Origin: Mobula birostris
Taxonomy: Eukaryota
Length of the DNA stretch: 64,000 nucleotides
Assembly (NCBI RefSeq): GCF_030028105.1
Contig: NC_092382.1
Span: forward strand, 39,402,246 to 39,466,245
Direction of reading: 5' to 3'
Shown here: piece by piece, positions 12,552 through 25,519 of the stretch
Layout of the letters: the number at the start of each line of letters is the position of its first letter
How positions within the stretch are numbered: position 1 is the first letter of the stretch
Notes under the pieces: generated by a model
Told to the model about the DNA's origin: nothing
The model's database searches: none
Seen by the model: only the letters and a program-made list of their open reading frames with translations
Position numbers and translations under genes: made by a program

Positions 12552-13456
12552 CTAACGCTTAATGAGTTTCACAATCTGGTTCAGTGGGTATTTCACCGCA
12601 TTCCTGAGTTCCTCTCGGAATTTGCTCTGAGTCAGGGCATAAATACACGTGTTGGTGCAGGAACTGAGAATCTGAAGCATTCCTGATGTCTCCTCTGTGA
12701 TGAAACGCGGATCAGAAACAGAATAAAAAACAAAACTCATCGAAATCCGTCTGTAGACATAAAATACCACCTGTGTTCCCCACAACAATATGAAACTACC
12801 AGTTATGCTGAACAGCAAAATGATGGATTTCCGTCGGTTCTCCATCTCGCGGTCCTTGTCATTCTGTACACTCTTTTGTCCCCGGAGACTCCTGCGGGTT
12901 CGACTGGCCACTAAAATCCGTCTGACAGTCAGAATATTGAACAGCAAGATCAGAAAGAATGGAACACAAGGGGCTAAAATGCGGTGCAATATGTCAAATG
13001 CCGCCCATGAGGGAGAGTTTTTGTAGCTCGGTGTATGAACACAATACCAGGGAACACCATCAACTATTACCAAAGGCTGGTATATGAAGCCCGAAGGGAC
13101 ACTCTCCAAACAGGCCAGCACACTCACTGTCCCGATAACCACCGCCGCCGTTCTCTCGGTGCAATATTTTGTTTTCAGCTTCTCACAGCAAATAGCCACA
13201 AATCGATCGACGGTGAAAGCGACAGTCAGCCAGATAGAGTTTGTAGTGCTCGCAAAAATTAACCATGCACCGAGTCTGCACACAGGAGTGATGAACAGGA
13301 AAGACTGGGGAAAATAAATCCAAGCAGTCCACGTCAACAGCGGTTGCGAGATAACGACCAGGAGATCGGCCGCTGCCATTCCCACCAGGTAGCGAGTAAC
13401 ACATTTGGAGAGACCGCACTTTCCACGGGAGAGGATCACAATCGCCACCAGGTTCG
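12552..13456 (-). CDS. Orphan class A GPCR (GPR139/142-like family) copy 1, exon 2
   Basis: 905-nt exon after a TCTCTCTTCCAG acceptor. Encodes the TM1 end (ANLVAIV), MAAADLL, C3.25, FTVDRF, ECL2 WYC, NTCIY and helix 8 SKFREE, ending in TAG. Confidence 0.92.
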
Positions 13457-14824
13457 CTGGAAGAGAGACACAGAAACTCAAGTTCGGAAAATACTAAGCA
13501 GAAACCAGTGCAGTAATTTGAGGGAATTTCGTAGCATTCCACTTCATTATTACACGTGAGCGTGGAAGGGCGACGAAATGGTGCAGATCTGGACGAGGCA
13601 GAGAACGACACAGTAAAATAAAATCAATGTGATCTAAACACGGATTCCTTACTGATGACCGAAATATCAGGTAGGAGCGGAAGCTAAAACTGGGTAAATA
13701 CCCCACCAGAGTGAGTACTGGATGGAACATTTTCCAGCGGCGCCTCCACGTCTTGTGTGAAGCAAATGAGTAAATCCAGACGCTGATAGCAGGGCTCTTC
13801 CATTAGACAATCTTTAAATTGCATGGTGATCCCTGTCAGCGACAGAACAGCCGAAGGGCAAAACAAAATCAGAAAATGCTGGAAACACTCATCGAGACAA
13901 AACAGAACCTGTGTGGAAAAGCATTAAAAGTGTATCTTCTCAAACCTGTTCTCACAGAGGGCCCTGACACGCGTGTTAACTGGATTCTCTTTCCATACAC
14001 GCTGTCTCGGTCTCAATGCCTGCAGAACTGTCCGTGTTTGTTTCCTATTCCTCACTGACTTTACAACAGAACATTGACTGATTCCAACAGATACAGCGCA
14101 GTTTGACACAACCTGATAGACAGACGTGTCGCCTCCCACTGAATCCAACACCGGGAAATCGGGGAGAGGAATTGAACGTCCAGCAGCAAACTAGGTACCG
14201 CAGTCTGATGTCTGTAACGGTGTCAGATGTGAATAGAATAGAGTGCATTTCAGAGTATTTGTAACTGTAAAACAACACATCAGTTAATTTGCTCAGAAAC
14301 AGCTTCATTTTGCTGCTCCTCAGCTGCTTCACATTCAGTCAGAGTACACGCATTTTTTTTTAAAGTCCCCAATCTCCGTGCTACCACATGGAATTCCTCA
14401 CATTAGCTGAAGAGTTACCACAAGTCGATGGTTTGATTATTACACGTCACACAACCGCTCACGTACAAATACAATCAGTCGGTATAATCTCCCTGAGTGT
14501 TTAATCACAATATTTGCAATTGCTGTGCCGCTGCTACCAGACTAACAGCACAGAGACACGAGCATCACAGTATTGAACAGAAACAGCTGAAAGAACGCTG
14601 CTTAACATGTTGACTTCCACAGCTGTTGGCCGATTCGCTAAATTTCTGCAGCGGTGTGTTTTTATATCCAAATCCAAGACCCACAGTCCGAGTGTTTCCA
14701 TCCAATTCCTGAAATGCGGAATACTGGGACTGGATATGTGGCAGTGGAAACCAGCGACAGAAACAATCACATCATTGGAATTAAACTTAAGTTCGCATCA
14801 ACGGCAGCTGACTCTGCGACTTAC

Positions 14825-14894
14825 CGGGAATTCCAAAGGCTGAAATAAATGGGTAGTAAACTTTCCCTATCCGCACGATGACTGGATACTCCAT
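14825..14894 (-). CDS. GPCR copy 1, exon 1 (MEYPVIVRIGKVYYPFISAFGIP)
   Basis: ATG at 14894-14892, 70 nt, donor G|GTAAGT. The phase-1 join restores GIPAN in TM1. Same structure in all four copies. Confidence 0.85.
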
Positions 14895-14976
14895 TTCAGT
14901 GAGAATCTGACATTCGTTGCTCCTGAATTCACAGCTGCGGCAGAAGCTCTGAGCGTATTAATGCAAAATGGCCATG

Positions 14977-14983
14977 ATTTATA
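14977..14983 (-). promoter_or_regulatory. TATA box of GPCR copy 1
   Basis: TATAAAT ~83 nt upstream of the ATG, positionally conserved in all four paralogues. Confidence 0.65.
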
Positions 14984-15082
14984 CAGAGGATCGGTCTCCA
15001 GAGATTCAGTTAAACCCTTGACTAACTTTCCTAGTTGCAATTACTTCAACGGAAACTATGATTTAACATCATTGACTCTGAT

Positions 15083-16203
15083 CAGAATCAGAATCCTTTA
15101 TTATCGCCAAGTATGTAGACAAATACAGGGAATTTGATGCCGGTTTCCCTGAGATCTCGCTCTACAGAATCAGAAAGCAAACAGAACAATAGTGCAAATA
15201 ATCGTGAGCTATATACAATGAGGTATTCCTGTGTATGTCCAGGTGGGCTTGGTTTATAATAGACGAAAATTCAAGTGTTCATAAGACTGATGGTATACGG
15301 AAATAAATTGTTCTTGTACCTATTTGTCCTGGCACACAGTGATCTAACGCGCCTACCAGAAGGAAGGAGTTGGAACAGGTGATGTCCAGGGTGTGGTGGG
15401 TCTACAATGATGCTGCTTGCTCGCTTCCTGACTCTAGATGCATCCAAGTCCTGGATCGAGGGCAGCTTCACACAAATAATCCTTTCCGCAGCCCTAACGG
15501 TTCTTTGGAGTATATTCTAATCTTGTTTGGTAGCTGATCCAAGCCAGACAGTGACGGACGAACAGAGAACAGACTGAATTGTTCCTGAATATAATTGAAT
15601 CGGCAGCTCCTGAGGCAGGTTGTACTTCCTGAGTTGACGTAGGACATACAACCTCTGCTGAGCCTTTTTGATAAGAGTGTCCGCGTTGGGTGTCCACTTC
15701 AGGGCCTGGGAGATCGTGACACCCAGAAACCTGAAGATCTCCACAGCAGACACAATACTGTTAAGTATAGTGAGTGGGGGGTGTATTGGGGCGGGGGGCT
15801 CCTCCTGAAGTCCACTGTCATCTCCACAGTCTTGAGCGTATTTAGCTCTAGATTGTTCTGACCACACCAGAGGGCCAGCGGTTCCACCACACGTCTGTAT
15901 ACAGACTCATCACCGTCTCGGATAAGGTCAAAGACATTTGTGTCGTCTGCAAACTTCAGGAGTTTAACAGATGGTTCCTGTGAGGTGCAGTCATTAGTGT
16001 AAGGACAGAAGAGCAGTGGGGAAAGCACACGTCCCTGAGGGCCACCGGTTCTGATTGTCCGGGTGCTAGAAATGACGCTCCCCAGCCTCACTTGTTCACC
16101 CTGTCAGTCAGGAAGTTTGTGATCCACTGACAGATGGCGGGGGAGACAGTAAGCTGGGTGAGTTTGGAGTGGAGGTTTTCTGGGTGATGATGTTGAACGC
16201 CGA
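15083..16203 (-). mobile_element. 5'-truncated Rex1/Babar-type LINE (RT) inserted in the GPCR copy 1 promoter
   Basis: GGPQGRVLSPLLF, KLLKFADDT, FRFLGVTIS and LPSGRR motifs, with an (ATTCTG)n tail. The flanks rejoin as GACTCTGAT|GTAAATATT as in the other copies. Confidence 0.88.
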
Positions 16204-16399
16204 GATGTAAATATTGTTCCGATTGCGGAAATAAATATATCAACATTCTTCGGAATTACCTGAGCACTGATTCATCTGGTGGAATCAACGCCGCAGCTCT
16301 AATGACAAAACTGAACTTTGTCACTAAGCAGCCACACTTACAGATTGAATGTTTTTGTTGTCTAATTGTTCATCTATAAACAGAGTTCACCATCGCCGT

Positions 16400-19170
16400 T
16401 CGGCCCCAAACTACAGAGGGAAGTGATGTCGAGCCCAAAGCTGGAGTTAGTGAAGAAAAAAAAGTTATAGTAGAGTGCATAATAGCAAAAAACAAAAAAA
16501 TCGCATAGGTCACTAGATTGTAAAAGGACAATGGGTGGAACGGCTCTTTATCTAAATGCCCCTAGTATTAGAAAAAAAAAAGGTTACTGAACTTGTGGCA
16601 CAGATCAGTACAAAGGCATATGATTTAGTGGCCATCACAGAAACGGGGTTTCAAGGTGTGATGACTGGGAATCATATATCCAAGGCTATCAGGTAATACG
16701 GATAGGCAGGAAGGCAGAGGAGGTGGGGTTGAACTCTTGATTAGGGATGAGATCAGGGCAATTGTGAGAGACGATATAAGATCTACGGAGCAGAATGTTC
16801 AGTCCATATGGGTAGAGATTAAGAATAGTAAAGGGGAAAAAAAATCAGTGGTGGGTGTTTTCTATAAGCCACCTAATAAAAATATTGCAGCGGCACAGGC
16901 GATTAAACAAAAACGGAACAACAGTTGTCATGGGGGATTTTAACATCCACATAGATTGGGTGAATCAGGTTGGTCAAGGAAGTCTCGAGGAGGACTCCAT
17001 ATAATGCATAAAGAGAAAATACTGTCTTGGATCTAGTCCTGTGAAATGAGACAGATAAGATTAACGATCTTGTACTCGGGGATCCTCTTGGGAAGAGTTG
17101 CCGTAGTATGATTGAACTTCTTATTCAGATGGATGATGAAATAGTTAGATCTGAAACTAGTGTATTGTGCTTGAACAAGGGAGACTACAACAGGATGAGG
17201 GAGTAATTGGCTAATGTGGATTGGGAGTACAGGCTATTTGGTAGGACAGTTGAGGAACAGTGGAATACTTTCAAAGAGCTCAGTGCTCAACAAAAAATCT
17301 ATTTCAGTCAAAAGTAAGGACAGTAAGTGTGGGGAGAGCCAGCCTTGTATAAATAAGGAAATAAAAAAAAAATAAAATAGTATCAAATCAAAAGCTCGTT
17401 TGTGCAAAGTCTTAAAGAGTAATGAGAGACTGGAGGATTAGGAAAACTTTAAAAGGCAACAAAGACCAACTAAACAAGAAATAAGGGAAGGGAAGATAGA
17501 GTATGACAGTAAATTAGCACAAAATATAAAAACAGATCGCAAACGATTTTATAAATATATAAAACGGAAGTGGATAGCTAAGGTCAAAGTAGTCCCTTCA
17601 AAGACGAGAAGAGAAATTGATATTGATCGATAAGGAAATGGCTGAGGCATTGAACGACTATATTGTGTCGGTATTCCGGGTGGAGGACACGTCTAATATG
17701 CCAAAGAAGGATGCTATGCACGAAATGGGTGTGGGAGGACCTCGATAAAATCACTGTCACTAAAGAGATAGTGATGAGTAAATTAGAGGATCTGAAGGTA
17801 GATAAGTCCCCTGCTCCTGATGGGATTCATCCCAGGGTGCTGAAGGAATTGACGGAGATTATAGTAGACGCGTTGCTAAGCATTTATCAAGACTCTTTAC
17901 AGTCCCGGCGGATTGGAGGACCGCAAATATCATACCACATTAAAAAAAAAAGGATGTAGGAAAAAGTCAGCAACTATAGGCCAGTTAGCTTAACATTTGT
18001 AGTTGGGAAAATGCTTGAAGCTGTCACTAAGGAAGAAATAGCAAACTATTTAGAACAGAGTGGTTCCATTAGACAGACGCAGCATGGATTCAGAAAGGGC
18101 AAGTACCATGCATCCGTATCTTATTCATAAGTCCCTTATGCGGCACCTTATCAAACGCCTTCTGGAAATACAAGTATACAACATTCACCTGTTCCCTCTA
18201 TCCATTGCACTCATTATGTCCTCAATTGGCATGGATAGTGGATTGGTTAACCAACAGAAGGCAGAGAGTTGGTGTAAATGTGTCTTTCTTCGGTTGGCAG
18301 TCTGTGGTGAGTGGGGTGCCGCAGGGGTCGATGCTGGGCCCGCAGCTGTTCACTATTTACAGTGATGATTTGGAAGAGAGGACTGAGTGCAACGTAGCAA
18401 AATTTGCTGATGACACTGAACTGAGTGGAAAAGCAATTGTACAGAGTATCTGGAGAGTCTACAGGGGGATATAGATAGGCTAGGTGACTGGGCGATCAGG
18501 TACAGCAGCTTATCAAGAAGGCAAACGGAATGTTGGCCTTCATTGCTAGAGGGATTGAATTTAAGAGCAGGGAGGTCATGCTGCAGCTATATAGGGTACT
18601 GGTGAGGCCGCGCCTGGAGTACTGTGTGCAATTCAGTCTCTATGCTTGAGGAAGGATATACTGCCTTTGGAGGCAGTGCAGAGGAGGTTCACCAGTTTGA
18701 TTCCAGGAATGAAGGGGTTAACTTATCAGACCAGGTTGAGGCACCTGGGACTATACACTCTGGAGTTCAGAAGAATGAGAGGGGATCAGATAGAATTATA
18801 AAAAAAAAAGAAAGGGATAGATAAGATAAAAATAGGAACGTTGCTCCCATTGGTAGATGAGACCAGAACTAGAAGACATTGCCTGGAGATTCAGGAGAGA
18901 AGATTTAGGGCCGAGATGAGGAGAAACTATTTTTCCCAAGAGTAGTGAATCTGAGGAATTATCTGCCCAGGGAAGCAGTTGAGGCTTCTTCAGTAAATAT
19001 ATTTAAGAAACAATTTAATAGGTTTTCACATAGTAAGGGAATTAAGAGTTATGGGAAAGAGGCAGGGAGATGGAGCTGAGTTTACGGACAGATGAAACAT
19101 GATCTTATTGAATGGTCGCGCAGGTTCAATGGGCCGGATGGCCTACTCCTGCTCTGATGTTCTTATGTAC
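16400..19170 (+). mobile_element. CR1 LINE ORF2 (endonuclease + RT + 3' end), degraded, with an internal inversion
   Basis: [41 protein letters not shown] and KFADDT motifs, plus a CR1-type 3' UTR ending TTCTTATG. Confidence 0.9.
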
Positions 19171-19198
19171 TGCCCCTGCGGTTACCCATTCTGACCAC

Positions 19199-19344
19199 NN
19201 NNNNNNNNNNNNNNNNNNNNNNNNNNNNNNNNNNNNNNNNNNNNNNNNNNNNNNNNNNNNNNNNNNNNNNNNNNNNNNNNNNNNNNNNNNNNNNNNNNNN
19301 NNNNNNNNNNNNNNNNNNNNNNNNNNNNNNNNNNNNNNNNNNNN
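19199..19344. other. Assembly gap
   Basis: Run of N. Confidence 1.
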
Positions 19345-21174
19345 GATGGCAACGGTCAACTGACCACGTTGCTGATGTAGAAAATATGAGAAATTCTGCT
19401 GATGCTAGAAATAATCTGCAACTTCTGTATTCAAAATTCTATCCTGATTGTTACAGAATGTTAAATTTTGACAGGCCTCCCCTTTTCTGCGGTGCTTTCG
19501 CATATTGGGTCAAAAAAAAAACAATAACTCAATGAATTCACTTCCCTGCAATCCATTAGTCGCTGGGTGCTCCCATTCAATGTTTTTGAAAACAAGTTCT
19601 CGATAACTATAGATCACACTCAAATCTGCCTTTTTTAAGCACTCTGATGGTTAAGTAGGTAACGTGGAATTGTCCTCAATGTGGAGACATCTCTGGTCAT
19701 GGTGGTATGAAGGAAAATTTAAAAAATCTGTGATAAATATTTGGAGGATTGCTCACGAGACTTCGTAAGCCAATAAATTTAAACGTAGCCAATTCAAAAG
19801 AATGCTTAATTGGGGAATTGGGTGGGATAGAGGCAGCAAGCCAAGTGACAGAAGGACTAATTAGAAGTAGCAATTTTGATTTATGACCCGTCTTGAAGAT
19901 AAGCTGACCACCTTAATAAGAAGGCAACATATTTGTGGGGAGGGCAGCTGCGAGGGGCATTTCCGTGATATACTTCTATCAGTTTTAGAAGGTTTGTGAA
20001 ATAAAAGAGTGATAAGAAGTACTTTAGCTAGTAGCAAAGTGGAAGGAATGCGTAAAATATACACTGATTTAAACGCATTTTGAATGTAATGCCGAAATCA
20101 TTATCAGAGAAGAAACGTAACAGTGGAGATCAAACGCAGTGTCTAAAGCAGATAGAAAAAACTGCTGGGCCAACAACTCCATTCAGAGAGAAATAATAAA
20201 CAGGGTCTGGATTTCAAATAGGACGTTGGTGCTGGACGTAGTGACGCAGCCTGATATAGTTATCCTGCCAGAATACAACCAAACAACCCAATACTATTGT
20301 CACTACTCCTTCCCCTTCTCCATCTCCTCAACAACCTCTTTCAGAACCCTAGTGTGTCGTCGATCTTGTCCAGGTGACTTATCAACCATCAAACCTTCCA
20401 GCATCCCAAGTACCGACTCATTAGCAAGAGAAACTGCACCCACTCCTCTGACAGTCTGCACTTTTAAGTACACTGCTGGTGTGTTTCACAGTGAAGGCTG
20501 AGGCATAATAGACATTGAGTTCATACGACATTTCTTTAAACTGCATTACACACTCAGCAGTGTCATTGTACAGCGCGCCAATATCCATTTTGCCTCTCTT
20601 ATACTGAATATTTGAGAAAGACTTTTGGCTTATTCCTGTATGTAACTGTTTGGATTACCCTGATATTTCACCTTTTCTATCCGTACCTCGTTTTATTTTG
20701 TTGCATTCCGGATTAACATGGCTGAGAAAATATGGAAGCGGAAGGGCCCTGGACTGAAAGCGAAGAATGATCGGACATTTGGACAATTTGACTGCCGTGT
20801 CAGATTGAACCCGTCATGGTGTCGGGGCTGGGAGCGAGGGAAGGGCTGGTTCATCTCACTGCTCCGTCAGGTTTACTGGTATTGGCGCTGGCCTACATCC
20901 AATGGACTCCTGTATCAGCTGCCGTGATGACTGGCTTCGTGGCTGTGGGCTCACTTTCAAGAGCTTCAGTTCTGAACTCTATTTGCTTACTTTTATTGTC
21001 TGCACATTCTGCTTTTTTTCCTGCACTTTGGGTGATTGACGGTGCTCACTATTCGATTTTTTATCTGTCCTGAGGCAGATCCGTGTTGACAGCGCCGTAT
21101 TGATACTGAACAGGATTTGAATACATGAGTTCTCATCCCCTCCTTCTTTCTATAGTTCACAACAGTCAACAACT

Positions 21175-21177
<3 letters not shown>

Positions 21178-21245
<68 letters not shown>
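21178..21245. repeat. (CT)n(CA)n microsatellite downstream of GPCR copy 2
   Basis: Directly visible. Positional homologue of the CT tracts at 11210-11960 and 58790-58840. Confidence 0.95.
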
Positions 21246-21247
<2 letters not shown>

Positions 21248-21649
21248 AACTATAAGTAAAAATATTGGTACTCTGTCGCCATTTGTAAAACGGTTAAAAT
21301 CTGTTACTGGAATATAATTCAAATTGGCAGAAAAAAAGGAGAACCAGATGAAAATGAGAAAAAAGAGGGTGAAAAGACAGACAGGTTATATCGGTAGCAG
21401 GAGTGTTTGATCGAGACGAATATACACTCCATGATCATGCAGTTTTTTTGCTTTCAGAATCGGAAAGCAGGGGAAAGAAAAGTTTCGTCCCAGGCTTCAA
21501 TTTGAGAGGAGCGGCATCTGAGATGCAAAAGGGACGCTGAGGCCAGTGATGCGGTTGGGATCAGCTGTAAACAGCTGCTTTGTAACTCTAACACAACGCA
21601 CACAAAATGCTGCAGGAACGCAGCATACCAGGCAGCGACAATGGAAAAG

Positions 21650-22490
21650 AGATGGAAGCGGAGTTAAGGAGGCTTTAAACAGCGACTCAGTTGCTTGTAT
21701 CTTCGGAAACAACTTTATTCCCATCATTAACATCTTTAATTTTCCCTTTCAAGGTTCGTTTGAAGACCCTGACCTGGAGTTAAACACAGACGTTCTTGTG
21801 GGAATGGGACCGGTTCTGCAGATTTCAAGACCGGCCAAGGGTTCGGCCTTGTTGGTAACACAGGTCGTATCGACCCACAGATCGAGAGTCGATGTCACGG
21901 CAGGAGACACGTGTGTCGTCCGGGAGGTCGGAAAATATTTCGCTCTGGGTCCGAAGACTCGAGATCTTTGCGATATAGAGGCACAGGACTGGTAAAAAAG
22001 CGAAGAAACGGATTTTTTAACATTGCAAACCAGCGGGTCGCTGTTATGTTGTCCGCTTGCTCTGAAAATGGGGGAAAACTCTCTCTCCCTTATTGGGGAG
22101 AGAAAGAAACTGTGGTTTGTCGAATACCGGATGAAATGCGATAGTCTTTCGGAGTAATTGCAAGGCTGTGTCTTTGTTGTCGCCTTGCTCACACTTGTTC
22201 TCGGTAGCGGCTGCGCTTTTTTGCTGGGGGGAGAGAACATTTTTGCTGGCCGCCGATTACGCGCGGGAGGAGGGAGCTGGTCGGGAGGGGACTTTGGGGT
22301 TGTAACATTTTACTGTCGTTCATTCTTTGTGACACTTCTCTGTTTTCCTGCATGTTTGCGAAGAAAAAAAACATTTCAGAATGTATATTTGACGTGTGTT
22401 GCTTGAATTTCCAACATCTGCAGAATTCCTGTTGTCAGGATGTATATTGTATACATTCCTCTGACATTAAACTGGTCCTTTGCCGCGTTG
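21650..22490 (+). mobile_element. SINE-like insertion specific to the copy-2 flank, containing a 45-bp Penelope end with TSD
   Basis: Absent from the homologous flanks of copies 1, 3 and 4. Starts AGATGGAAGCGG. The inner PLE piece 22390-22434 is flanked by TCAGRATGTATATT repeats (22376-22389, 22435-22448). Confidence 0.6.
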
Positions 22491-22695
22491 AACCTTGGAG
22501 CAAACTACCGACTTTCCGGATCGACAGCCTGCAATGTGATTATGTGTGTGTTGTTTTGTATTTCGAGAACCTGCAGATTTTCTCGTCTTCGTTTGGTAAC
22601 TCTGCTCATCACATTATTTCCTTTTACCCTAGAGTGGGGGTATGGAAAAGGAAGAAGGAAGGCAGCTAAATTGTAATACATTTCAACATTCATTT

Positions 22696-23600
22696 CTAAC
22701 GTTCCATGAGTTTCAAAATCCGATTCAGTGGGTATTTCAACGCATTCTTTAGTTCTTCTCGGAATTTGCTCTGAGTCAGGGCATAAATACGCGTATTGGT
22801 GCAGGAACTGAGAACCTGCAGCATTCCCGATGTGTATTCTGTGATGAAACGGGGATCCGTGACGGAGTAATGAACAGCACTCTTTGAAATCCGTTGATAG
22901 ATATAAAATACCACCTGCGTTACCCACAACAGTATGAAACTACCGGTTATGCTGAAGAGCAAAGCGATGGATTTGCGTCGGTTCTCCATCTCCCGGTCCC
23001 TGTCACTCTCTGGGCTCTTTTGTCCCCGGAGCCCCCTGCGGGCTCGACTGGCCGCTAGAATCCGCCTGACAGTCTGGATATTGAGCAGCAAAATCAGAAA
23101 GAATGGGAAACAAGGGGTTAAAATGCGGTGAAACATCGTAAATGCCGCCCATGAGGGGGAGTTCCTGTAGCTCGGTGTATAAACACAATACCAGGGAACA
23201 CCATCAATTATTACCCTAGGCTCCGATACAAACCCCCAGGGGACACTTTCCAAACAGGTCAGCACACTCACTGTCCCAATAACCACAGCCGCCGTTCTCT
23301 CGGTGCAATATTTTGTTTTCAGCTTCTCACAGCAAATAGCCACAAATCGATCGACGGTGAAAGCGACAGTCAGCCAGACAGAGGCCGCCGTGCTCGCAAA
23401 TATCAACCAAGAACGGGGTCTGCACACAGCAGTGATGGACAGGAATGATCGCTGAAAATAAAGCCAAGCAGTCCAGCTCAGTAGCGGATCGAAGATAACG
23501 ACCAGGAGATCAGCCGCTGCCATTCCCACCATGTAGCGAGTAACACATTTGGAAAGACCGCACTTTCCCCGGGACAGGATCACAATCGCCACCAGGTTCG
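22696..23600 (-). CDS. Orphan class A GPCR copy 2, exon 2
   Basis: 905-nt open exon with a TCTCTTCAAG acceptor and MAAADLL, DRF, WYC, NTRIY and SKFREE motifs. Confidence 0.9.
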
Positions 23601-24995
23601 CTTGAAGAGAGACAGAGAACAGCAAGTTGAGAAAATACAGAGCAGAAACGAATCAGGCTGTTTGAAGGGATTCTGTAATATTTCCATATTATTCTTGCAT
23701 TTAGAAGTGGAAGGCTCGAGAGGGGGTGCACAGGAGTCGTGAAAAGTGAGTTTACACAGTAAACTGAAGTCAATATGATCTGAATACGGACTCCATACTG
23801 ATTACCGAAAGGTGAAGTGGGAACGAAAAGCTATAGCTGGGTAACTACCTCCTCGGAGTCAATACTGAGTAAGAATATTTTCTACTAGCTCCATCCCCGT
23901 CACGTGCAGCCGAAATTAATAAATCCGGACGGTGATGGCGGGATTCTTCCATTAGACAATCATTAGCTGCCACGGTGCTCCCTCTCAGTGACAGAACACC
24001 GAAGGACAGAACAAAAACACGAAATGCTGGAAACACTCATCCAGGAGAAACAGAATATGTGGGAAAAAAGCAGTTAAAGTGTCTCCTCTCAGAACTGTTC
24101 TCAAAGATGCCCCTGACACGAGTGTTGACTGGTTTCTCCATCCATACAAGCTGCCTGAGGCTAAGTACTTCTAGCATTCCCCGTGTCCGATTCCTAATCC
24201 AACATTTGCCACTTCACTGACTTTATAACAGAACATTGACAGATTCCGACAGATACAGCGTAATCTGACACAACCACTCAGACAGACGTGACGCCTCCAC
24301 TAAATTCACTGCAGGGAAAGGTGGCAGAGGAATTCTACGGCCAGCGGCAAGCTTGGTGCCGCAGACAGGTGTCTGTAACGGCATCAGATGTGGATGTAAT
24401 GTAATACGTTCAACATTATTGATAATTAGGAAGCAACATGTCGGTTGTGTTAATTGTCTCAGCAACGACTTCATGGTGCTGTCCATCAACTGCTTCACAT
24501 TCAGTCACAGCGCACACATTTATTAAAAGTCCGTAGGTTTTACGCTGCAACGTGGAACTCCTGACATTTGCTAAATTGTTACTGCCAGCTGATGGTTTGA
24601 TCGTTACACCTAACTCAGACAACCGCTCAAATGCAAATGCAGACAATCAATGCGTGTAATCTCAGCGGGCTGTGTAACACAATGCTGCTCAAACCAGGGC
24701 AGCTGCTACAAGACCAAAAACACAGAAAGCCGAACATCAGGTTATTGAACACAACAGCTGGAAGAACCCTGCCTAACCCGTTGAATTCCACAGATGTTAA
24801 CCGATTCGCTGAACTTCTGCAGCAGTGCGTTTTCGATCCAGGTCCCAGAATCCACTCTCACGGTGCTTCCATTTCATTCCTGAAATGCGGAACACCGGGA
24901 CTGGACAGGTGACAGTGGATAGCAGCGACAGAAACAATCACAACATTGGAATTAATCTTCTGTCTCCAGCAAGAGCAGCAGACACTGCGGCTTAC

Positions 24996-25065
24996 CGAGA
25001 ATTCCAAAGGCTGTAATAAAAGGATAGTAAATTTCTCGTATTCGCAGGAAGACTGCATATCCCAT
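24996..25065 (-). CDS. GPCR copy 2, exon 1 (MGYAVFLRIREIYYPFITAFGIL)
   Basis: ATG at 25065-25063, 70 nt, donor G|GTAAGC. Confidence 0.85.
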
Positions 25066-25148
25066 TTCAGTGAGAATCTGTGACTTCTGTTGCTCCCAAA
25101 TTCACAGCTCTGGAAGAACTGTGACCTGATGCATTCCAAACACCCCTG

Positions 25149-25330
25149 ATTTATACATAGGATCGGTCTCCCGAGATATGGTTATACCCCTGACTAACTT
25201 TCTTAGTTACCGTTACTGAAACAAACACTTTAATTCAACACCATTGTCTCTGACGTAAATATTTGGCCGATTCAGCCAAACATATCAAAATTCTTGGGCA
25301 TTAACTCAGCAGTGACTCATCAGGTGGAAA
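25149..25330 (-). promoter_or_regulatory. GPCR copy 2 proximal promoter (TATA, AP-1-like and forkhead-like motifs)
   Basis: TATAAAT at 25149-25155, TGACTAA ~25191, GTAAATA ~25255, TGACTCA 25313-25319 followed by GGTGGAAA. Confidence 0.55.
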
Positions 25331-25519
25331 TAATGCCAGGGTGCTAATGACAAAACAAAAAACTGAGCTTTGTTACAGAGCAGCTGCATTTACAGATTTC
25401 ACGTTTTTGTTGACCCCAACAAAAACACCGACCCCGAACTTCTGTTCTGCGCTTTCCCTTTTAGAACTGTCCGTCAGTCCTTTAGTACCCCCACCCACCT
25501 CCCCCAACCCCCGACCCAT

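Noticed and set aside
14654-14848. ~63-aa antisense ORF (…SDRNNH…AYREFQRL) present in all four copies
   Set aside because: It has non-ATG starts, is short, and overlaps the conserved exon 1 and donor. Recurrence is explained by duplication.
25313-25329. Canonical NFAT:AP-1 composite site
   Set aside because: TGGAAA is oriented opposite to the canonical composite arrangement and is imperfect in some copies.
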